Positions 45,586 to 52,716 of a stretch of DNA of 52,716 nucleotides are shown in pieces. Origin of the DNA: an uncultured Thermodesulfobacteriota bacterium (GTDB taxonomy: Bacteria; Desulfobacterota; WTBG01); contig CAZOKO010000003.1 in assembly GCA_964580455.1 (NCBI GenBank), forward strand, positions 1 to 52,716. Direction: 5' to 3'. The translations under genes were made by a program, and so were the position numbers. Position 1 is the first letter of the stretch. Each line of letters opens with the position of its first letter. The notes beneath the pieces are model-generated. The model ran no database searches. It saw nothing but the letters and a program-made list of their open reading frames with translations, and had not been told where the DNA came from.

Positions 45586-47400
45586 TCAACCCTTTTTCAT
45601 CTCAATCGAGTTTTTAAGACAGTATGTCTTTATAGCGTTAAGGAAGACTGTACCATACTGCTCTTCCTTTTTCAATCCCACTCCGCTAACTTTTAGAAAG
45701 TCATTTGCCGTGGAAGGTTTTCGCCTCGCCATGTCACGCAATGTCACGTCACTAAATACTATGTAGGCTGGTACTCCCCTTTTATTTGCAATCACCCGCC
45801 TGAGATTACGCAACACCTCGAACAATCCCCTGTTAACATTTTCCCATGAATCTTTAGAAGGCTTTGTTACTCTAGCACGCTTCTTCGCAGGCCTGAGCAG
45901 GCTGGGTGTTTCTTCTCCTTTCAAGACTCGCCATCCCTTCTCAGATACTTTAAGAACATTGTATTCCCCGGTCTTTTTTATATAATCCTGCGTCACAAGT
46001 TGTTCAATCCAGTCGCGTGTTATGCTTTTTTTAAAGTCGGACAAAATGCCGTGGGTGCTTAACTCGTCGTGTCCGCTTGCCATTATTCTCTGTTCACACG
46101 AACCAATCAGCACCGATGCTGTGTAGTCAGCACCGAAACGCTCGCCCAGACGAATAACACATGAAAGTATTTTTTGTGAGGTTACAAGTGAATCTTCCAT
46201 GCAATCCAGGTCACCAAGACATACGTCACATGCAGCACAATTGCTCTTGTTCAAATTCTGACCAAAGTAGTTTAGGATTGCCCCATGCCTGCATACAACT
46301 CCCGTACAATATTCATACATTCTGTTCAGCTTGCTCAAGGCTATATTATTTGCTTCCGGTTCCATGTCTTGCAGGATAATTTTCCAGGTAGCATAATCGC
46401 TTCCCGAACAGAATATCCAGCACTCAGCTTCGAGTCCATCACGCCCTGCACGTCCGCTTTCCTGCTGATAGTGCTCCAGTGATTTAGACATGCCGGTGTG
46501 AATCACATAACGGACGTTTGATTTATCAATACCCATGCCGAATGCGATAGTTGCAACAATGGTGTCTGTTTTTTCCTCAATGAATAAATCCTGGTTTCTC
46601 TTTCGGTCTTCATCAGTCATGCCCGCGTGGTATGGCGCAACCCTGTAACCCCTGTCAGCCAGCTTGAAGGACAGCTCATCTACATCGGCACGCCGGATAC
46701 AGTAAATAATACCTGTTTCACCTTTATGACGGTCAAGCACAGTACAGACCTGATTCAATTTATCAGTTCGCCGTTCGACCCTGTAAACAAGATTCGGCCG
46801 ATCAAATGAGCCGACCAGCACTTCGGGATTATCAAGGCGCAACTGCCGGGCAATGTCGCGTCGGACATGTTCAGTTGCAGTAGCTGTATAAGCATGGATA
46901 GCAATATTGGGAAAAGCATCTTTTAGGAATCCGAGTTCCCTGTATTCCGGTCTGAAGTCATGCCCCCACATACTTACGCAGTGAGCCTCATCCACAGCAA
47001 TCAAGGAAATTCTGGTTTTTCTCAGGAGTTCAACAAAACTGTCTGAAACGATTCTCTCGGGGGATAAGTAAAGGAGTTTAAGCGTTTTCTTGTAAATCTG
47101 CGAGATAACCGCATCCCGTTCCTTAAGTGATTGAGTGCTTTCAAAACGCGCCGCCGGAACACCACATTCGGCTAAAGCGTCTACCTGATCTTTCATCAGG
47201 GATATCAGAGGTGAGATTACTACTGCCATGCCCTGCATCACCACTGCCGGTGCCTGGTAACAAAGTGATTTCCCTCCTCCCGTTGACAGAACGACTATCG
47301 AGTCTTGCCCCTCAATTACACAATCCATAGCTTTTTTCTGTAACGGCAAAAAACTGTCGTAACCCCAATACTTCTTTAAAGCTTCTTCAACAGAAAACAT
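45586..47400 (-). CDS. recQ: ATP-dependent DNA helicase RecQ
   Basis: Motifs [40 protein letters not shown] and [15 protein letters not shown]. Zn-binding Cys cluster. C-terminal HRDC-like region. The ATG at 47400 has GAGGG upstream; a GTG at 47445 is the alternative start. Confidence 0.9.
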   Translation of the reverse strand: MFSVEEALKKYWGYDSFLPLQKKAMDCVIEGQDSIVVLSTGGGKSLCYQAPAVVMQGMAVVISPLISLMKDQVDALAECGVPAARFESTQSLKERDAVISQIYKKTLKLLYLSPERIVSDSFVELLRKTRISLIAVDEAHCVSMWGHDFRPEYRELGFLKDAFPNIAIHAYTATATEHVRRDIARQLRLDNPEVLVGSFDRPNLVYRVERRTDKLNQVCTVLDRHKGETGIIYCIRRADVDELSFKLADRGYRVAPYHAGMTDEDRKRNQDLFIEEKTDTIVATIAFGMGIDKSNVRYVIHTGMSKSLEHYQQESGRAGRDGLEAECWIFCSGSDYATWKIILQDMEPEANNIALSKLNRMYEYCTGVVCRHGAILNYFGQNLNKSNCAACDVCLGDLDCMEDSLVTSQKILSCVIRLGERFGADYTASVLIGSCEQRIMASGHDELSTHGILSDFKKSITRDWIEQLVTQDYIKKTGEYNVLKVSEKGWRVLKGEETPSLLRPAKKRARVTKPSKDSWENVNRGLFEVLRNLRRVIANKRGVPAYIVFSDVTLRDMARRKPSTANDFLKVSGVGLKKEEQYGTVFLNAIKTYCLKNSIEMKKG

Positions 47401-47696
47401 ACGTTTAAATCCCTCATACAGATATGCATAAAAAACATGAGACACTTATTATTCATGACAGAATTACCAATTTCTGCAGGGATTGTAAAGTGTAAGTTTT
47501 TTATCTAAGGAAAACGGGATACCATTCAAAAGATTGTTCGTACATAAGGGAATTAACGTCCCCCTGTATTTCAAGATATTCCTTGACAATCAGTTCTGCT
47601 ATAAGTTACATAAATCGTGTTGTTTAATCTGTCATTAACTCTGATCAGAAAGCAGGAATTCTTTATCAATAATCAGCTTCGAAAGTGAGGTTAACA

Positions 47697-48416
47697 ATGT
47701 CTACTGAGAAAAAAGGAATATGGAAGTATTGTTACTGGCTGGATGATTCAGCATTATCCAAGTTAAAAAAACAGATGGAAGAAAAAGGAATTAAAATGAT
47801 ACAGGCGGAGAGAAACCCCTGCGAGGCGCTCAAGGATGAGATAGGATATGCAGAACCCCACACATGGGGCATTATCTGCAAGCATGATGCTAAACCCTGG
47901 TATGATGCATCAAAGCACGCAGGGAAAAATCTTGTTGTTTCTTCTTTCCCTATTGGTGAGGAATACAAGCATTTCCTTGAAACAACTATCGAGCTTTCTT
48001 CATTTGAACCAGAAGAATTTCCTTCAAAAAAAGATTTAATTACACTGGCAAAAGACGAAACGTACCTCTCTTGTGATCTTGAAGGGTGGGGAGCATTCCC
48101 TAAAGAGATGGGAGAGGCCATTGTAAAAGGACTTACTAAAATGTCAGGTAAGCCTCTTGATAAATTTGAAGATCTTTTATCCAGCTGGGACGCTGTGCAT
48201 TCAAATTTTGTCAATCCTAAGTACAGAGCTGGCGAAGAATATATGAATGCCCCCTATACCGTTGCCGATAGCATACACACTGGCACCTGCTGCGTAGAAC
48301 TCTTTAATCTCCTTGATTCAAAAGAAGATGCCATGCTGGTAAGACCTTGCATCGGAAGTGTTATCGTTAAGGTTGTGGAACAGGATCGATATTACCTCGT
48401 TCGTCCGGCAAAGTAG
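47697..48416 (+). CDS. Hypothetical protein
   Basis: 239 aa counted from the ATG at 47697, 7 nt after GTGAGG. No recognised domain. Confidence 0.55.
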   Translation: MSTEKKGIWKYCYWLDDSALSKLKKQMEEKGIKMIQAERNPCEALKDEIGYAEPHTWGIICKHDAKPWYDASKHAGKNLVVSSFPIGEEYKHFLETTIELSSFEPEEFPSKKDLITLAKDETYLSCDLEGWGAFPKEMGEAIVKGLTKMSGKPLDKFEDLLSSWDAVHSNFVNPKYRAGEEYMNAPYTVADSIHTGTCCVELFNLLDSKEDAMLVRPCIGSVIVKVVEQDRYYLVRPAK

Positions 48417-48462
48417 CAACCGATATTCTTTTAACCCAATCGATAAACAGCGGATACCTTAT

Positions 48463-49083
48463 ATGAACTTAGAAAATGTGGCATTGATTATCGTTGATAT
48501 GCAGAATGATTTTATTCATAAAAACGGATTCGTGAGGAAATATTCCCAGGGAATCGGGGTTCCAGCAAGTTCCCTTGATCGATTGAGAGCTCCCATTCCT
48601 CATATAAAAACACTCGCCGATTTCTTCCGCAATAACCGGAAGGAGGTTATTTATATCTATACGGCCTGGGAGAAAGATTACTCGGACGTTGCGATACCCT
48701 TAAGAAAAATGGCTGACAAAGCCAAAGAAACGGGTGCTTTGGTCAGAGGAAGTTGGGGAGCACAAATTATTGAAGAGTTAACCCCCCATGAGACTGACCA
48801 TATGGTTATGAAGAAAGCTTACGGCGCTTTTTTCCAATCTTCCTTAGACCGTGTCCTACGCAATTTGGGCATTCAAACACTAATCATGACTGGTATCGCT
48901 ACCAATTTTTGTGTAGAAACAACATCCCGTGAAGCTGTTGCCTATGGTTACAATGTCATTCTGGCAAGTGATGCAACAGCAACTTATGATCCGGAAGGTC
49001 ATCAGGCAACCTTGAAGGTAATCGCTGCTGGATTCGGTGATGTAATGAGTACAGAAGAAATCATAAAAACGAATACACCGTAA
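48463..49083 (+). CDS. Isochorismatase-family cysteine hydrolase
   Basis: ALIIVDMQNDF, the catalytic K, and TGIATNFCVETTSREA. I prefer the internal ATG at 48463 over the track start at 48358. Confidence 0.8.
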   Translation: MNLENVALIIVDMQNDFIHKNGFVRKYSQGIGVPASSLDRLRAPIPHIKTLADFFRNNRKEVIYIYTAWEKDYSDVAIPLRKMADKAKETGALVRGSWGAQIIEELTPHETDHMVMKKAYGAFFQSSLDRVLRNLGIQTLIMTGIATNFCVETTSREAVAYGYNVILASDATATYDPEGHQATLKVIAAGFGDVMSTEEIIKTNTP

Positions 49084-49166
49084 AAATACTTAAATTCAAT
49101 TGACCTCTTTGCATAGTGGATAATGACATCAAGATTCGGGATATGTCATTCATCTTGATATAATCC

Positions 49167-49195
49167 TTGACATAACCCTGTATCTTAGCTAGATT
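49167..49195 (+). promoter_or_regulatory. Candidate sigma-70 promoter
   Basis: TTGACA (49167-72), a 17-nt spacer, then TAGATT (49190-95). It lies about 60 nt upstream of the 49253 start. Confidence 0.25.
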
Positions 49196-49252
49196 TACTG
49201 AAATTTATCTACACTTTTTTTTCAAATACATTTTTCAAAAGGAGTGTAAAAC

Positions 49253-50119
49253 ATGTTAAGAGCTGTCGGAAATTTTATTGCTTTTATCTTTAAACCCATC
49301 GGGAGAACCCTTCTTGTCGCCCTTGCCGGTCAAGTATTCTTTTTAGTATCCGTACTCACCATGATTCCCCTGCGCATGGCAGAAAATCCCGTGGTTAACT
49401 ACAACCTTTTTTATCTGCCGATTTTGGCCTTGATTTTCTTCTCCCTTTTTTACAGAACCTGCACGGAGGAAAATGAAAGCAGAGGCATCATTTACGGTTA
49501 TTTTAGCGCACTTGTTGCGTGGCCTCTTATTGGCGAGGTAGCCAGCATGCCGCTTGACAAAGGTATTGTCAAGCAGTTCAGCAGTATAAACATTAAGCTT
49601 CTGGGTGGATACTTTTATGTTGCTGCCGGCTGGATTATGCTTAAGGTCATGTGGCGGACAAAAGCAGTGAAAAATTCTCTCAATACATTCTTTCTGGTGT
49701 TCCTCGGTATATGGACATTTGAGCTGTACATGGACAATTATTCATCCAAAGTGCCCATCGATATGATGCCGGTTATTAGCAACTGGGTTGCCACAGTGTT
49801 CGGCATCGTATCCATTGTCCTTCTTGTCATTGCATGGAGGACGTCTTCCGTTGTGAAGAAAACCGTTTTGGGCTGCCTTTTGTATCTCACCTTTTCTCTT
49901 TTCCTCATGGGGTCCAGCCAGTGGAAAACCCCGTCAAAGTTTTATGTCAAGTATGAAGCGGCCCATATAGGCCATGAGATACAGGAACTACAGGAAGAAC
50001 AGGAATATCTTGAATACTTGAGAAACTACATGATTAAAGAAGGGCTGGCAAAAGAGGAAGAACTCGTATCAAAAAAGCATGAAGAATCTGAAAAAGAAAC
50101 GGAACAAAACGTGGAATAA
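49253..50119 (+). CDS. Polytopic membrane protein with an acidic coiled-coil tail, unknown function
   Basis: 288-aa ORF with AAGGAG upstream, multiple hydrophobic segments and a Glu-rich C-terminus. Confidence 0.6.
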   Translation: MLRAVGNFIAFIFKPIGRTLLVALAGQVFFLVSVLTMIPLRMAENPVVNYNLFYLPILALIFFSLFYRTCTEENESRGIIYGYFSALVAWPLIGEVASMPLDKGIVKQFSSINIKLLGGYFYVAAGWIMLKVMWRTKAVKNSLNTFFLVFLGIWTFELYMDNYSSKVPIDMMPVISNWVATVFGIVSIVLLVIAWRTSSVVKKTVLGCLLYLTFSLFLMGSSQWKTPSKFYVKYEAAHIGHEIQELQEEQEYLEYLRNYMIKEGLAKEEELVSKKHEESEKETEQNVE

Positions 50120-50144
50120 ATAGCTATGAACTGGAGGATGATAC

Positions 50145-50798
50145 ATGGAAAACAAATACACAACTCCACTTGCCCGATGGGCAAGATTTTTTGAGATATT
50201 TATCCCAGGCTATATGTTCGGGAAATCCTGGGGTATTGCAACGGCGGTAACCGTTGATCTTTACCGAGCCACTTTTCCTCCTTTTCTGATTGATGCCGCT
50301 CAATATTTAAAGTCGATACTCCATACAACGAACCATAATCTGGAGCGTCTTGTTTCAACTTCAGCGGGAGCAGTCGTCGGATTTCTCGTTATCGTAGTTC
50401 TGGCAATTGTTATGCATTTCGTTCTGAGCGACCGTAAATACATCGACTCTTTACGCTTTACCTCAGTAACCCTTATCCCGCTTGCCGTTATGAACGGGAC
50501 TCTCTCCCATCTCACAAATACGCTTCTTGAGAGCCTGGGGATGGGTGGAAACCTTGACGAGCTTACAAAGAGCGCTCTCGAAGGCCCCAGAGGCCAAATT
50601 GTTATGTTCTGTGTCTTTTATATGACTTCAATCTGGATGCTCGGTATAAGGACCGGTGTCAGAGGCTGGCGAAGGTGGGGTGTCATTGCTGTTGGAATCG
50701 GTTTCGTAGTGGCATATTTTGCATGTGGTCTGATGATTACAGCCGGTGAATGGGAAGTGCTTTTACCTAAACTTCAGGCAACTTTAGCGGCACATTAA
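50145..50798 (+). CDS. Polytopic membrane protein, unknown function
   Basis: 217-aa ORF with several TM segments. Tightly spaced with its neighbours. Confidence 0.55.
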   Translation: MENKYTTPLARWARFFEIFIPGYMFGKSWGIATAVTVDLYRATFPPFLIDAAQYLKSILHTTNHNLERLVSTSAGAVVGFLVIVVLAIVMHFVLSDRKYIDSLRFTSVTLIPLAVMNGTLSHLTNTLLESLGMGGNLDELTKSALEGPRGQIVMFCVFYMTSIWMLGIRTGVRGWRRWGVIAVGIGFVVAYFACGLMITAGEWEVLLPKLQATLAAH

Positions 50799-50811
50799 GG
50801 AGGCCAAAGAG

Positions 50812-51921
50812 ATGAATATAACCAAAGAACGTTTTATTGCTATAAATAAATATCTCCTTCTTGCGGCACTGGCTATTTATCTTATTGGTGTTTTTACTCC
50901 AGTAAAATACCTCCAGCCTGGTCTCATCTTTGTCTTCGGAGCTGGATTCTTCTGCCTGCTTCATATACAATATTTCTGCTGCCGGCTTAAACATGCAGCA
51001 CACATCTGGCTGTTCCCATTTATCATGACCATTCTATCATATTCTCTCCCGCTTTCAAAGCCAGCAGGCGAGAACAATATCCTGTTCTATACCTTAACCT
51101 TAATAATCAGCCTGATACCTTTCGTCCTTTTCATGTTCGGTAGAACCCAGGAAAAACCGGCTAAAAAAGAGAGGTTACCTATTGTCAGTTTCCGCACAGT
51201 TGCTCAAACAGCATTTTTTATGGCCTGGGCCTCGGTAACCTCATTTGCCTTTATCAAAGGCACCAGACCGGACCTATTTTTCTGGGCAATGTTCCATGTA
51301 TCCACTGTTGCCCTTTTCCCTTTTTTATTTGGAAGAGTTATATGCAGTTGGATCTGTCCCAATGCAACCATGCAGGATGGTTTGTTTAAAAATATGGGTT
51401 TTAAGCGGCTCATCCCCAAGCTTCCCAAAGCCATCGAGGAACAGAGTCATACCTGTACGATGAATTTGAGCGGGGAGGTAGACAAAAGAGCACCTCTGCT
51501 TCCCGCAACGCTTCTCATGTGCTGGTTCCCCATGTTCTTTCTGGAGACCGTTTTTGACCTGACACAAGTAGCCTGGTATCCGGTTGCCTTCATGTACGGA
51601 CTTATTATCTTGTCACCTTTATTCCCCTGGCGTAAAATGTGCACCCACTTCTGTTGGCTCTCATCATACCGCACACTTGCCGGCCATGGCAGCCTCTGGC
51701 GCATACGATTCGACAGATCGAAGTGTAAGTTCTGCAAAAAATGTGCTGCTGAAGAAGTTTGCCCTTTTTATATTGACATTCGCAACCAGGACAACGAAAT
51801 GCCAGCAACCTGCTGTCTCTGTTTCAGTTGTATGGAGGCTTGTCCGTTTGAGGGTGTCATAACCTTCACGAGGTCAACGGAGGAAAAGGAAAGATTAAGA
51901 GCACTAAAAAGTTCTGCTTAA
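50812..51921 (+). CDS. Membrane-bound 4Fe-4S binding protein (NapH/MauN-like polyferredoxin type)
   Basis: TM helices. CSWICPN motif. Two ferredoxin-type clusters, CKFCKKCAAEEVCP and CCLCFSCMEACP. Confidence 0.65.
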   Translation: MNITKERFIAINKYLLLAALAIYLIGVFTPVKYLQPGLIFVFGAGFFCLLHIQYFCCRLKHAAHIWLFPFIMTILSYSLPLSKPAGENNILFYTLTLIISLIPFVLFMFGRTQEKPAKKERLPIVSFRTVAQTAFFMAWASVTSFAFIKGTRPDLFFWAMFHVSTVALFPFLFGRVICSWICPNATMQDGLFKNMGFKRLIPKLPKAIEEQSHTCTMNLSGEVDKRAPLLPATLLMCWFPMFFLETVFDLTQVAWYPVAFMYGLIILSPLFPWRKMCTHFCWLSSYRTLAGHGSLWRIRFDRSKCKFCKKCAAEEVCPFYIDIRNQDNEMPATCCLCFSCMEACPFEGVITFTRSTEEKERLRALKSSA

Positions 51922-52017
51922 ATCAAAGCCACAGAATTACACAGAAAACAACTTAACAAAAGAATTATTGCTGCCGTTTTACCTTAAGATCGTCAACATA
52001 TATTACCCTAAAAAACC

Positions 52018-52542
52018 CTATCGGTAGAAAGCCACTCCAAATAAAGCCGCTCCCATTATAAGCACAGCTGGATGAATGTTTAAAAATGCTATTAGGCAAA
52101 AGCTGATAACAGCTATTAATGCTGTATGCCAGGAATTGACACTTGAAGGGAAAATATTATATACCACCAGAATAAGAAGTGCAATGACGACAGGTCTCAC
52201 CCCTTTGAGCAATCCCTTGACAGCAGGGAGATCCTTATACTTTAGATAAAAGAATGAAAGAATAAGCATCAACACTAAAGAAGGTAAAATCAATCCTAAA
52301 ATACTTGCTCCCACTCCTGCCATTCCACCTGTTTTGTAACCTGTAAATACAGCCATCTTAGTTGTAATGGGTCCCGGCAGTGAATTTGCCATCGCCAGAG
52401 CTTCTGTGAATTCTTTAATGGTCAACCATTTATAATTGTTCACCACCTCAACCTGAATAAGTGGAATGATCGAATGCCCTCCCCCAAAGCCCAAAATTCC
52501 CACCTTCGCAAAGGCATAAAACAGAACAATAATCTCTTTCAT
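52018..52542 (-). CDS. chrA: Chromate transporter (ChrA) family protein, half-size form
   Basis: 174 aa. FGGGHSIIPLIQ and LPGPITTK motifs typical of the CHR family. Confidence 0.75.
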   Translation of the reverse strand: MKEIIVLFYAFAKVGILGFGGGHSIIPLIQVEVVNNYKWLTIKEFTEALAMANSLPGPITTKMAVFTGYKTGGMAGVGASILGLILPSLVLMLILSFFYLKYKDLPAVKGLLKGVRPVVIALLILVVYNIFPSSVNSWHTALIAVISFCLIAFLNIHPAVLIMGAALFGVAFYR

Positions 52543-52663
52543 ATATCCTCCTTCAAATTTAGAATCCCCCTAAATCAAGGTCTCTGGCTAAAAGTTATTC
52601 ATTAAAATCTGCACAGAGAATTACTATAAAAAAGGTATAATTTATTGATTTAAGAAGTAATTT

Positions 52664-52716
52664 CTCTGTACTACAAACCTGCAACATCGTGTTTTTTTAG
52701 CACAGTTTGGTTTCAT
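52664..52716. repeat. ~49-nt repeat, copy 2 (see 43196-43244); runs to the window edge
   Basis: About 90 percent identical to copy 1, in the same orientation. It is again upstream of a minus-strand gene. Confidence 0.7.

Overview
AT-rich bacterial chromosomal window with about 45 genes and no rRNA, tRNA, CRISPR array, transposase or integrase that I can see. Three blocks stand out.

(1) 0.5-14.5 kb, minus strand:
- An operon of a multiheme cytochrome c and a tandem-rhodanese protein.
- A PAS/AAA+ enhancer-binding-type regulator.
- A periplasmic selenocysteine formate dehydrogenase operon (small ORF, fdhE, fdhA with in-frame TGA, fdhB). It contains a candidate Moco-type riboswitch plus terminator between fdhE and fdhA.
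- A histidine kinase / NtrC-type response regulator pair.

(2) 14.9-42.2 kb, a very dense c-type heme island. I count about 106 canonical CXXCH motifs in 12 ORFs. It contains:
- An MtrA/MtrB-like decaheme-plus-porin pair.
- Two paralogous gene modules, each made of a membrane-anchored multiheme cytochrome, a cytochrome b, a triheme membrane domain, an NHL beta-propeller and a 20-heme cytochrome.
- A 14-15-heme cytochrome, an FGE/SUMF1-like lipoprotein, modular Thr-linker tetraheme cytochromes, and the System II cytochrome c maturation genes ccsB/ccsA.

(3) 42.3-52.7 kb, housekeeping and miscellaneous genes: histidine phosphatase, metallophosphoesterase, amidohydrolase, recQ, isochorismatase-family hydrolase, three membrane proteins including a 4Fe-4S protein, and a half-size chrA.

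Intergenic DNA is saturated with several families of short palindromic or oligomer repeats. These include a GIY-YIG cassette and a four-helix-bundle (23S IVS-type) gene, each embedded in inverted repeats.

The most interesting candidate for an undescribed system is the duplicated cytochrome b / multiheme / NHL / 20-heme module next to the porin-cytochrome pair. It is presumably an electron conduit from the quinone pool to the cell exterior (or the reverse).

Taxon cannot be assigned from this window. Gene content and repeats are reminiscent of cytochrome-rich anaerobes. All functional calls rest on motif recognition by eye, not on database searches.
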